In this document: one piece after another, positions 9,205 to 17,632 of the stretch
How the letters are laid out: each line of letters starts with the position of its first letter
Position numbering within the stretch: position 1 is the first letter of the stretch
Origin: Candidatus Woesearchaeota archaeon
GTDB lineage: Archaea; Nanobdellota; Nanobdellia; Woesearchaeales; GW2011-AR9
Assembly (NCBI GenBank): GCA_964201585.1
Contig: CAXNDX010000001.1
Location: 1-34,723 of the forward strand
Length of the DNA: 34,723 nucleotides
Direction of reading: 5' to 3'
Notes under the pieces: generated by a model
What the model saw: the letters and a program-made list of their open reading frames with translations, nothing else
The model's database searches: none
What the model was told of the DNA's origin: nothing
Program-made: the position numbers and the translations under genes

Positions 9205-9645
9205 CTACTCATCACACATTCCATGTTTTCTCATAATCTTATACAGCACAAAATCTCCACTATTTTCCGAATCAATATAAGTATCGTATGGATTCTCATC
9301 CAATATTTTTGTAAGTGCACCAAGTTTTTTTTCGTTTTCTTTCAGTTCCTCATTCATTCTTTGTACTACACTTCCATAATAAGTACTTCCCATCAACCCT
9401 CTAACCTCTACATTATTCACACCTCTTTTCTCCAACGCTTCTTTCATCTCCCACTCATAAAAACATTGATTTGAACAAATAATATCACTAATTACTGCAG
9501 AATCAATCACCACAAAATCCGCAATCGAACCAGTTTTTACATATCCTTCCGCAACTTTATTCATCGATTTTGTAAACTCTTTATTAGTGTTACAATGATA
9601 AACTGATTCATAACAATAATTTTCAATGTATAATATTTCTGCCAT
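9205..9645 (-). CDS. Hypothetical protein, last gene of the CYTH operon
   Basis: 146-aa ORF with GGAGG 10 nt upstream of the ATG. No family recognised. Confidence 0.55.
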   Translation of the reverse strand: MAEILYIENYCYESVYHCNTNKEFTKSMNKVAEGYVKTGSIADFVVIDSAVISDIICSNQCFYEWEMKEALEKRGVNNVEVRGLMGSTYYGSVVQRMNEELKENEKKLGALTKILDENPYDTYIDSENSGDFVLYKIMRKHGMCDE

Positions 9646-9667
9646 TTTTATTTTTCCTCCATTATTT

Positions 9668-10270
9668 TTATTTATTCATAAGCTCAATTACCCGAGTATA
9701 CTTCTGCTTGCTCATACATTCCAAATGGAATATATCCTCCACTCGTCTTCCTACATGATGTAGTATTCCTACATCACCATCTTTCAATTCTACCTCAAAT
9801 TCTTTGAACTCTTTGCCATTTTGTAATTTAAAATAATCCACAGTTGCTTCTAACTTTACCATTCCCTTCCCAAACACTATCTGCTGATGTTCAGTATCAG
9901 CATACGCCGATTCCAAAATCTCACCATAAAATCGCTCTAACCCAAACGTCTTTAATATACTCTGAGCATCCAACACTTCATTTGCCCAATGATTCTTTTC
10001 ATAACGATCATTAATTGGCCCAATCTTAAAATCGTAGCGGAACAATCCTTTATCTTTCTCAAGATCAAACCCCCCTACTCGACGAATCGTCTCTCCTTTC
10101 TGATATATCTGCAAATCTAGTGTATCATAATACTGAAACGTTCGTGTCACATGTTTTTGCAGCAGCACAGAAAAACCATTTTGAGTAATTATCTCTTCTA
10201 ATCCTTGTAATAGCTTTGCGCAATCATATTGCAAAGGGACATCATATTTCAATTCAATTTCTTTATTCAT
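9668..10270 (-). CDS. CYTH-domain protein (triphosphate tunnel metalloenzyme; class IV cyclase / triphosphatase fold)
   Basis: N-terminal EIELKY (ExExK), then YYDT, ETIRRV, and the acidic strand FEVELKDGD. Its ATG is coupled to the upstream stop (GTGAAGTAAAATG). Confidence 0.75.
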   Translation of the reverse strand: MNKEIELKYDVPLQYDCAKLLQGLEEIITQNGFSVLLQKHVTRTFQYYDTLDLQIYQKGETIRRVGGFDLEKDKGLFRYDFKIGPINDRYEKNHWANEVLDAQSILKTFGLERFYGEILESAYADTEHQQIVFGKGMVKLEATVDYFKLQNGKEFKEFEVELKDGDVGILHHVGRRVEDIFHLECMSKQKYTRVIELMNK

Positions 10271-10271
10271 T

Positions 10272-10700
10272 TTACTTCACCATTTCATCTAAAAAAGTAA
10301 CTTTAGTCTCATTTCGCGAATACTCCGGCACATTTATACACACACTTTCCAGTTGCGGATATTTTTGTTTATACATCTGCAGTATAGATTCTTTAAAGAA
10401 CTCTACAAATTTCTTTGGCACACTTCCATATCTTGTCGATTCCCCATACAGTTGCAATTCTCTATTTTCAATCTGTACTCTCCCTCCACCCAAAACTAAC
10501 TCTGGCTGTAGTGTGAATCCTTGTACAATCTCCTCATGCAGTGGACGTTGTGCATCATACCCTGCCCACAGGTCTACAGCATAAAGATCAAATAGATACA
10601 ATCTGTCTGAATTTGTCTGATGTCGATTAATCACAAATTTATGCCCATCACTTCCTATTTTTTCATCGATATATCCTGCTTTCAAGCCAGTCATTATCAT
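10272..10700 (-). CDS. Hypothetical protein, CYTH operon
   Basis: 142-aa ORF with GGAGG 9 nt upstream. No family recognised (LGGGRVQIENRELQLYGESTRYGSVP). Confidence 0.55.
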   Translation of the reverse strand: MIMTGLKAGYIDEKIGSDGHKFVINRHQTNSDRLYLFDLYAVDLWAGYDAQRPLHEEIVQGFTLQPELVLGGGRVQIENRELQLYGESTRYGSVPKKFVEFFKESILQMYKQKYPQLESVCINVPEYSRNETKVTFLDEMVK

Positions 10701-10737
10701 TTTTTTATTCCTCCTACTATATTTAGTATTTTTCTTA

Positions 10738-10857
10738 TCATTGTCGTATCACGCCAAGACCCTGCAGCGCAATCCATCTTGCTTTCTCTTGCGACCAGTG
10801 TGGATTCTTCCGCTCAAGCATATTTGTTATTTCTTGTAATTTATTATTATCTACCAT
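10738..10857 (-). CDS. Candidate 39-aa leader ORF of the CYTH operon
   Basis: GGAGG lies 9 nt upstream of the ATG at 10857. Translation: MVDNNKLQEITNMLERKNPHWSQEKARWIALQGLGVIRQ, ending in TGA at 10738-10740. Below the track cutoff. Confidence 0.35.
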   Translation of the reverse strand: MVDNNKLQEITNMLERKNPHWSQEKARWIALQGLGVIRQ

Positions 10858-10944
10858 TTTTATTTACCTCCATATCTGTCATAATAATCTAATTTCTCCA
10901 ACACCTACATAAAACTTTGTTGAAGAAATTTCTACAACAAAAAG

Positions 10945-10952
10945 TTTATAAA
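10945..10952. promoter_or_regulatory. Palindromic TATA box TTTATAAA between the CYTH operon and the 3-TM gene
   Basis: The centre is 26.5 nt upstream of the ATG at 10975 (+, leaderless). The same box would place a - strand start near 10922, upstream of the SD-led operon. Confidence 0.45.
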
Positions 10953-10974
10953 GAATAACGAATTTCCACTATCC

Positions 10975-11475
10975 ATGCCAACTAAAATCACAATGTTCCC
11001 TGGAGATAAGATTCGTTTTTTAACCGATATCCTGCGTAAACAAACCGCCCTTCGCAACCAAATCGAATCCCGTGCCAATATCACTATAGGCTTCTCAACC
11101 GCTATCCTCGCCTTCACCCTAAGCCAATCTTTGCAAGGCAAGACAAATACGGGCCTCATCATCATCCTCTCGTTCTCTATTCTCGCTCTGCTCTCTGGTC
11201 TGCTTGCGCTCAAACCATTACAACTATTTACCTCTAAAGGTCAAGCCCAAAGCGTGTTCTATCATACCGCTATCGCCAAACAAGATCTCGCCACATACAC
11301 CAAAAAATTAAAAGACATCACCAATAGCGAACAAAAAGTACTTGAACAATACGCCCTTGAAATTCATAACATGACCTACCACTCGATTCGCATCAAAAAA
11401 TTCCTCTCCAACCTCTCCATCAAACTCTTAGTATCCGGTATAATCATCGGTGGCATCATAACTCTCATCCACTAA
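10975..11475 (+). CDS. Small 3-TM protein resembling Pycsar-effector/SLATT-type (DUF5706-like) membrane proteins
   Basis: Amphipathic N-terminus, then two adjacent TM helices (ITIGFSTAILAFTLSQ; GLIIILSFSILALLSGLLAL). After these comes LKP...SVFYHTAIA...YALEIHNMTYHSIRIKKF and a final TM helix. Assignment is by remembered domain pattern only. Confidence 0.45.
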   Translation: MPTKITMFPGDKIRFLTDILRKQTALRNQIESRANITIGFSTAILAFTLSQSLQGKTNTGLIIILSFSILALLSGLLALKPLQLFTSKGQAQSVFYHTAIAKQDLATYTKKLKDITNSEQKVLEQYALEIHNMTYHSIRIKKFLSNLSIKLLVSGIIIGGIITLIH

Positions 11476-11504
11476 ATAATATCTCTTAATACCCTCACAC
11501 TCCC

Positions 11505-12263
11505 ATGGACATCTACCAAGACACATTATTTCGCGACCTCGAAAAACTCAACTTTACTATCAACGAATCCAAAGTCTACCTCACCTTAGTCAAGCTCGGC
11601 CCATCCCACGCCGGTTTACTTGCCAAAGAAACACAACTAGATCGCTCCAGCACCTATAACGCTCTCAGAAATTTAATTGAACGTGGCATCATCTCAACTA
11701 TATTTGAAAACCAGCGCACCATCTACGTTCCCGAAAACCCCAAGAAAATTCTCGACTACTACAAAGAAAAAGAAGCCATCGCTCAAAATATCATCCCTCA
11801 GCTTCAAGAACAATTCAACTTTCAAAAACCAAAAACCAACGTCAAAATATTTCAAGGCTACAAAGGCCTCAAAACTATCTTCCAAGACATCATCGATAAA
11901 TGCGATTCCAAAAATCCATACTACGTTCTCAGCTCCGAAGGCCACTTCAGCAAAAAAATGCCCTATTACGCTCCCCTATTTCGCAAACAAAAAGAACAAA
12001 AAAAAATCAAAACTCAAATGCTCATCCGCGAAACCAGAGAAAAACACACTCTTGGAAAATATTCGCAATACCGCAGCATACCTTTACGTGCAGAATCCCC
12101 CGTCACTATCAATATTTATGAAAACAAAGTAGCAATTCTCTTATGGGAAGACACCCCGCAAGCCATTGTCATTGACCACCCTGACGTTGCTCATATCTTT
12201 GAAGACTACTTCTCATTCATGTGGAAACATGCCAACATAAAAAATTCAAAGAAATCTTTATAA
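11505..12263 (+). CDS. TrmB-family transcriptional regulator
   Basis: N-terminal winged helix: LNFTINESKVYLTLVKLGPSHAGLLAKETQLDRSSTYNALRNLIERGII. The length and C-terminal domain are typical of TrmB. Confidence 0.8.
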   Translation: MDIYQDTLFRDLEKLNFTINESKVYLTLVKLGPSHAGLLAKETQLDRSSTYNALRNLIERGIISTIFENQRTIYVPENPKKILDYYKEKEAIAQNIIPQLQEQFNFQKPKTNVKIFQGYKGLKTIFQDIIDKCDSKNPYYVLSSEGHFSKKMPYYAPLFRKQKEQKKIKTQMLIRETREKHTLGKYSQYRSIPLRAESPVTINIYENKVAILLWEDTPQAIVIDHPDVAHIFEDYFSFMWKHANIKNSKKSL

Positions 12264-12287
12264 CCTCTCCTCTTTCTTCTCCTCACC

Positions 12288-13097
12288 ATGAACCTCATCG
12301 ACGACCATTGCCATTTAACCCACGTACTCTACAAAGACGACCTCAACGATGTACTCGCCAGAGCAAAAACCGCAGGCATCAAACGCATCTTAGTTTCCGG
12401 TGTGAATCCGCTTTCAAATCGTGAAGTTCTCAAACTCGTCCAACAACATCCAGACATCCTCAGAGCCTCTTTAGGCATCTATCCCATCGACGCCTTAGGT
12501 TTAGCCGAAGGCGACAGCGGCCTCCCTCTCCAAAAGACACCAATCGATATCGACCAAGAACTACTATTCTTCAAAGAACACAAAGACCACATCACCGCCA
12601 TCGGCGAAATCGGCATGGACTTCCATTGGGCAGCAAAAGAACAAACCTATCAACAACAAGCAACTAACTTTCGAAAAATCATTCGCTTTGCCAAAAGTAT
12701 CAACAAACCCATCGTCATCCACTCCCGTAAAGCCGAAGCCGAATGCATCCAAATCCTAGCCGAAGAAATACCAAATCACGAAATTCCCATAATCCAACAC
12801 TGTTTCTCTGGAAAAAAATCCTTAATTAAACAAGCCGCAGAGCTTGGTCACTACTTCTCTATCCCTACAAACCTCATCAAATCCGACCAATTCCAAACAT
12901 TGATAAAATTAGTCCCTTTGCAACAAATCACCACCGAAACCGACGGCCCCTGGCTCTCACCCTATAAAGACCAAAAAAACGAACCTGCTTTTGTCAGAGA
13001 TGCAATACAAAAGATCGCAGAAATAAAAGGAATCACTCCACAACAAACCGCAGACCAGATTTGGCAGAATTATTGTTTGGTGTATGGGGAGAAATAA
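12288..13097 (+). CDS. tatD: TatD-family metal-dependent hydrolase/DNase
   Basis: MNLIDDHCHL, IGEIGMDFHW, PIVIHSRKAE, TETDGPW. TTTATAAC at 12257-12264 is centred 27.5 nt upstream of the ATG. Confidence 0.9.
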   Translation: MNLIDDHCHLTHVLYKDDLNDVLARAKTAGIKRILVSGVNPLSNREVLKLVQQHPDILRASLGIYPIDALGLAEGDSGLPLQKTPIDIDQELLFFKEHKDHITAIGEIGMDFHWAAKEQTYQQQATNFRKIIRFAKSINKPIVIHSRKAEAECIQILAEEIPNHEIPIIQHCFSGKKSLIKQAAELGHYFSIPTNLIKSDQFQTLIKLVPLQQITTETDGPWLSPYKDQKNEPAFVRDAIQKIAEIKGITPQQTADQIWQNYCLVYGEK

Positions 13098-13127
13098 ACT
13101 AAAAGAGAAAAAGAAAAAATAAGATTA

Positions 13128-13694
13128 TTATTTTTTATCGTTATTCAATGCGTATCGAAGGAGTGGAAATGCCTGTTCTGCTTTGTCATGGACATAACTG
13201 GATGGTACTCGATACCCCGCTCCACTAACACATGTCTGTTTTCCTTTTTGACAAGTAAATGTTTGTACAGGTTTTCCCGCTTCATTCTTGACAAATCCTA
13301 TGGGTAGTTTAGTATATCCCCCATCCGTTGTGCAATAAGACCTTCCTTTTTTACAAGTAAACTCTTCTTTCTCAGTATAATCCCCTGAAAAAGTTGTTGG
13401 TGTAATCATATCTTCTATAGTGACAACTCTCTGTTCATTTGTAGGAAAATACATTACTATCTCTTTTCGTTGACGCGCAAAATTTTCTGCCACAACACCT
13501 ACCGGAATACGTTCATCTCCTTTATAGAGTACACGTGCTTCCATAAATAACGAATCACCCTCTTGACATACTTGTCGCGTAATTCTCCCTAACGCATCAA
13601 CTTCTGGTGCACTATGCGCATACCCCGCACTGGGCAAAGTTGCAATAACTGTTGAGACGATTGCAGTATATAATTTTTGTTGTAGATTTTTCAT
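13128..13694 (-). CDS. Secreted Cys-containing hypothetical protein
   Basis: Signal-like N-terminus MKNLQQKLYTAIVSTVIATLPSAGYAHS. Repeated FTC.KG..(Y/T)C motifs. GGAGG upstream. Confidence 0.55.
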   Translation of the reverse strand: MKNLQQKLYTAIVSTVIATLPSAGYAHSAPEVDALGRITRQVCQEGDSLFMEARVLYKGDERIPVGVVAENFARQRKEIVMYFPTNEQRVVTIEDMITPTTFSGDYTEKEEFTCKKGRSYCTTDGGYTKLPIGFVKNEAGKPVQTFTCQKGKQTCVSGAGYRVPSSYVHDKAEQAFPLLRYALNNDKK

Positions 13695-13841
13695 TGTAAT
13701 TTCCTCCGATTGAAACTTTTTTTACCCCTCTAATCCTCACTTCTCTCATAATAAGTGTTAAAAAGATTTCTATTTATAAATGTTTTGGTTATTTTGTCAC
13801 TTAATAGTGGTTTTTTAATTGGCGAAACATTTATATACTTT

Positions 13842-13861
13842 TAGTACATAACTATGTACTA
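13842..13861. promoter_or_regulatory. Perfect palindrome abutting the MNT start codon (candidate TA operator)
   Basis: tagtacata-ac-tatgtacta lies between TTTATATA (13830-13837) and the ATG at 13862. Confidence 0.45.
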
Positions 13862-14467
13862 ATGGTACTTACAGACAACGAAAAACATATCCTCACCTCC
13901 CTTCTACGTAACTATCAAGAGCAGCTAAGCATCAATGGCTTGGCAAAAAGAACCAACATCACTCCTAAAGGCACCTATAAAATTCTTAAAAAATTAGAAC
14001 AAGACCATATTGTCCAAAAACAAAGTATCGCCTCCGCTGACATTTATCATCTAAACTTTAAAGATGAAAAAACAAAAGATATCGTCAACTACGCATTAAA
14101 AAGCGTATCTCCTCCAAATTCATACGTCAAACTACTCCAAAAAGACCTCGAACATTTATACAACACCACTCATGCCGTTATCCTCTTTGGCAGTACTCTG
14201 AGCAAAGGCATACAAGCCCAAGATATCGATCTTTTAATTATTCTTGATAAAAAAAAATTATCCCTCATTCAATCAACAATTAAAGAAATTGAAAAGATCA
14301 TACCAAAAAAGATTCATCCTCTCTTTCAAACAAAAGCTGACTTTCATAAAAATATCCAAAAACAAGATCCTGTTCTGATAAATTGCCTACAAAAAGGTTT
14401 TATATTCAAAGGTCATAACCTCATTTATACTTTAATTAACCATGACGCAAACAGAAAAAAAAATTGA
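13862..14467 (+). CDS. Minimal nucleotidyltransferase (MNT) antitoxin with an N-terminal wHTH
   Basis: AVILFGSTLSKGIQAQDIDLLIILD matches the GS...D.D NTase motif. The N-terminal LSINGLAKRTNITPKGTYKILKKLEQDHIV reads as a wHTH. Confidence 0.75.
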   Translation: MVLTDNEKHILTSLLRNYQEQLSINGLAKRTNITPKGTYKILKKLEQDHIVQKQSIASADIYHLNFKDEKTKDIVNYALKSVSPPNSYVKLLQKDLEHLYNTTHAVILFGSTLSKGIQAQDIDLLIILDKKKLSLIQSTIKEIEKIIPKKIHPLFQTKADFHKNIQKQDPVLINCLQKGFIFKGHNLIYTLINHDANRKKN

Positions 14468-14936
14468 CTGGTGTCTAAACAAAGCACAAAAAGAAGGCAA
14501 GAAACACAAAGGTCTTCGTAGAATAGCTCCTAATGAATCAGAAGTCCAAAAACATCTCCTGAAAGCCCAGCGTAATCTTCTTCTGGTAGATGACCTCATA
14601 AAATTAAAATACAGTGATTGGGCTGTCAGCGCTATTTTTTACAGTATGTACCATTGTTTATTAGCCATTCTTTGGCACCATAGATATGAAAGCCGTAATC
14701 AGTCCTGCACCTTTGCTGTTATAGAACAACTCATTCTCGAGAAAAAGATCTCTCTCACGCTTGAAGAATTGCAGCATATTCAAGAAAGCCACACCGACCA
14801 TGAAGAAACAGTCGTTGATTTGCGTGAATTCTATCAATATGGAACTGAAACCGAAGTGGAACAAGAAAAGATTATCAAATTACAGCAAGAAGCCAAAGAA
14901 TTTCTAACAAAAGTAAAAACACTCTTACAAAAATAA
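14442..14936 (+). CDS. HEPN-domain toxin partner
   Basis: Overlaps the MNT gene by 26 nt. Helical HEPN-like core: DWAVSAIFYSMYHCLLAILWHHRYESRNQSCT. Confidence 0.7.
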   Translation: MTQTEKKIDWCLNKAQKEGKKHKGLRRIAPNESEVQKHLLKAQRNLLLVDDLIKLKYSDWAVSAIFYSMYHCLLAILWHHRYESRNQSCTFAVIEQLILEKKISLTLEELQHIQESHTDHEETVVDLREFYQYGTETEVEQEKIIKLQQEAKEFLTKVKTLLQK

Positions 14937-14957
14937 TACTTTAACACAACCAATACC

Positions 14958-15674
14958 ATGAATAACCTTTCACAATCCCTCATCCAATCCCTTCATCAGC
15001 ACGCCAACAAAGACAAAGCCCTCCTCTCCCAACGCTTCTTCAAAACCGCACATGGTCAATACGGTCACGGCGACATTTTTCTCGGCCTCACCGTCCCACA
15101 ACAACGTCACATCGCCAAACAATACTTTCACCTCTCTTTACCCCAACTCCAAACACTTCTCCAAACAAATATCCACGAACAACGCCTCATCTCATTAATC
15201 ATTTTAACCGAACAATACAAAATAGCAACAAAAGAAAAAAACGAACCACAACAGAAAGCAATCTACAATCTTTACCTCAACAACACCAACTGGATTAACA
15301 ACTGGGATTTAGTAGACATCTCCGCTCCAAATATCGTTGGTAATTATTTACTTGATAAAGAGAGAAACATATTATCTCAATTAGCCCACTCCCCTCATCT
15401 CTGGGAAAAACGTATCGCTATCGTCTCCACCTTCACATTCATCCGCAACCACCAATTCCAAGACACACTTCAAATCTCAAAAATCCTCTTAAACGACCAA
15501 CACGACCTCATCCATAAAGCGGTAGGTTGGATGCTGCGCGAAGTCGGCAAAAAAGACCAAGCAGTTCTCGAACAATTCCTCCAACAGCATCTCAAACAAT
15601 TGCCCAGAACAACATTACGATACGCCATAGAAAAATTTCCCAAACAAAAACGCAAAGAATATTTGAAAAAATAA
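14958..15674 (+). CDS. DNA alkylation repair protein (AlkD/AlkC-like HEAT repeat)
   Basis: RFFKTAHGQYGHGDIFLGLTVPQQRHIAKQY, WDLVD, WEKRIAIVST, GWMLREVGK. Confidence 0.75.
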   Translation: MNNLSQSLIQSLHQHANKDKALLSQRFFKTAHGQYGHGDIFLGLTVPQQRHIAKQYFHLSLPQLQTLLQTNIHEQRLISLIILTEQYKIATKEKNEPQQKAIYNLYLNNTNWINNWDLVDISAPNIVGNYLLDKERNILSQLAHSPHLWEKRIAIVSTFTFIRNHQFQDTLQISKILLNDQHDLIHKAVGWMLREVGKKDQAVLEQFLQQHLKQLPRTTLRYAIEKFPKQKRKEYLKK

Positions 15675-15676
15675 TA

Positions 15677-16579
15677 TTAACTTCGTTTTCCTCGCCGACT
15701 CCAATGATTCTTACCTCGTTTTTTAATTTTTGCCGGTGCCCTCTGTAATCGAGGCATACTCTCTTTTAGAATCCGCAAATAACTCCCCATACTTCCCCAC
15801 TCAATCTCTAAGCCAAATTGTTTATGAACCACCTTTAGTAATTCCTCTATTGTATAATTACAGCGTGAATCAGAAATACGATATAAAATCCCCTCTTGAG
15901 ATAACTGTTGGAGTGCATACACTCCTTGAAGTTGTCTAAGTCCATTTCCCGTAATCAACTCTGTTGCAAAAATAACTCTAGTGTCTGGTAATTGCAATGT
16001 AAAATTCTGAACCAAGCGATTCGCACTCGAAAGCGAGTATCCCAAATGATCCGCAATATTTTGCTGAGACATCTCTTGTAGATCAAATGGGCTACTACTC
16101 AAAATGTATTTTCTTTGAACCTCACACAAATAAGCTGCAATTTTTAACTGATTTTCTTCAAGCCACTTCCAATTGTGTAAAAATTGTCTTGAAAAATTTC
16201 CAGGATTATCAGAACCCTGATCTTTAAATTTCTCCAATTTTGCATAAATTGATTCATCCAAAAATGGATTGTACATAATCCCATAATTCCCACAATTTTC
16301 AGAAACTAACACTTGCGGTCGCTCTAAATATCGTTGTTCACTAACAGACCCTTGCACGCTCTTGCATATTTGAAGAAAAGATGGATGTGTAAAATAATTT
16401 CCCCTAGAGTGATACTCCGGTTCTTGTTGATAGAATTCTTGTACCGCAGCTAAACTTCGATCTAACACATCTTCCAACTCCAACGCCGAAAGTCCCAGTA
16501 TAGGATTTAAAATCGGCGAACGCGGTTCTGAACGCTGTACTTGTTGCACTCTATAAGATGTTCGAATTTCCAATTCCAT
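15677..16579 (-). CDS. Divergent sigma-54 (RpoN)-like protein
   Basis: Region-I-like ILNPILGLSALELEDVLDRSL. Core-binding-like RPQVLVSENCGNYGIMYNP and WLEENQLKIAAYLCEVQRKYIL. HTH: LQEMSQQNIADHLGYSLSSANRLVQNFTLQLPDTRVIFATELI. The RpoN box is degenerate. Confidence 0.65.
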   Translation of the reverse strand: MELEIRTSYRVQQVQRSEPRSPILNPILGLSALELEDVLDRSLAAVQEFYQQEPEYHSRGNYFTHPSFLQICKSVQGSVSEQRYLERPQVLVSENCGNYGIMYNPFLDESIYAKLEKFKDQGSDNPGNFSRQFLHNWKWLEENQLKIAAYLCEVQRKYILSSSPFDLQEMSQQNIADHLGYSLSSANRLVQNFTLQLPDTRVIFATELITGNGLRQLQGVYALQQLSQEGILYRISDSRCNYTIEELLKVVHKQFGLEIEWGSMGSYLRILKESMPRLQRAPAKIKKRGKNHWSRRGKRS

Positions 16580-16602
16580 TTAATGTGATAAATTGATAAT
16601 TC

Positions 16603-16610
16603 TTTATAAA
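16603..16610 (-). promoter_or_regulatory. TATA box TTTATAAA of the sigma-54-like gene
   Basis: Centred 27.5 nt upstream of the ATG at 16579, with no SD, so a leaderless layout. Confidence 0.5.
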
Positions 16611-16646
16611 ACTTCTGGTAGAATACTACTTATTAGTAAATACAAA

Positions 16647-17015
16647 TCACCTCCTAAACTCCACATTTTTAATATGTTCAAATTCTTTATCCCCTGTAAG
16701 AAATTTAATCCCTTTCTCCAACGCCAATTGATACCCTAAACAATCAGCATACGAAAGCTTCTTCTTTCTCTGTTCATAGCGAAACTTCATTGCTTTTTTG
16801 ATTGTCTCTTTCGTTGGCTCAATAACAAAAGGCAATAACGTCTCAAGCACCACATCTGCTTTTTCTGAACCTGCATCCGCAAGCACCGAATAATACACCT
16901 CTAACATATTAAGCAAAGTCAAAATGCCCGTATGCTGCTCAAAATAAGAGATGAATTTTAGATTATTATTCAGATACTCAATTATTGCATAACTATCATA
17001 AAAAAATACAGCCAT
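16647..17015 (-). CDS. vapC: PIN-domain toxin VapC
   Basis: MAVFFYDSYAIIEYL (N-terminal Asp) and YADCLGYQLALEKGIKFLTGDKEF (C-terminal acidic residues). Lies directly downstream of an AbrB-type antitoxin. Confidence 0.8.
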   Translation of the reverse strand: MAVFFYDSYAIIEYLNNNLKFISYFEQHTGILTLLNMLEVYYSVLADAGSEKADVVLETLLPFVIEPTKETIKKAMKFRYEQRKKKLSYADCLGYQLALEKGIKFLTGDKEFEHIKNVEFRR

Positions 17016-17026
17016 GCCTTACCTCA

Positions 17027-17236
17027 TTACCATCCTTCCCGCATTTCATTTTTAAGCTGTTGGGCTGATTTTTTAAAATGGACTAATCCTCGTAGCTTTG
17101 TAATATCTGCAACACTTTTAATTTCAATAATGATCCGCTGATTCTCCTGCAAATGTTCTTTATCCACAATTTCTTTAGGCAGAGTTATACCTAATGAATT
17201 TCCCCATTTTCGTGTAACCGTTTCAAATTCGCCCAT
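17027..17236 (-). CDS. vapB: AbrB/SpoVT-type antitoxin VapB
   Basis: TRKWGNSLGITLPKEIVDKEHLQENQRIIIEIK is a swapped-hairpin AbrB motif. Confidence 0.8.
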   Translation of the reverse strand: MGEFETVTRKWGNSLGITLPKEIVDKEHLQENQRIIIEIKSVADITKLRGLVHFKKSAQQLKNEMREGW

Positions 17237-17378
17237 TTTGGTATAATTAAAGTATAATTATATAAAACTTTCGCAAAAAATATATCTCTTTGAAATAAAA
17301 CCAAAAAATTCAATTATAATCTTTCTTCCATTTTTCCCATCCAAAACCATTATAAATAATATCCTAAAATACCCTCAA

Positions 17379-17630
17379 ATGTTCAAACTAAACGACGTTT
17401 TATACTACATCCTCAAAACCCCTCTTGGCTATCAAGCAAAATTTGAACTAGATGACGGCCTGCACGTTCAAGCAAAAATTGCAAAATTACAAGAACATAT
17501 CATCATTCACCAAGGTAAACTGTTACACTATTCCCTTGCCGACATCGTTATTCAAGAAGTCAATTCTGCCAACCTAAAAAATCAGTTCAACCCTTATTTC
17601 CTTGAAACCCGCCTTCGTGAAATCTACTAA
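17379..17630 (+). CDS. Hypothetical small protein
   Basis: 83-aa ORF. TTATAAAT is centred about 25 nt upstream. No family recognised. Confidence 0.45.
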   Translation: MFKLNDVLYYILKTPLGYQAKFELDDGLHVQAKIAKLQEHIIIHQGKLLHYSLADIVIQEVNSANLKNQFNPYFLETRLREIY

Positions 17631-17632
17631 GC

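Noticed and set aside
11677-12132. 151-aa alternative-frame ORF (and 11900-12121) inside the TrmB gene
   Set aside because: These are low-complexity K/S/T-rich translations fully nested in a gene with clear TrmB homology. They are frame artefacts of the A/C-rich strand.
16633-16660. Antisense transcript into vapC launched from the palindromic TATA at 16603-16610
   Set aside because: This is a purely geometric inference from the self-complementary box. No hairpins, oligo-T tract or ORF support a + strand product.
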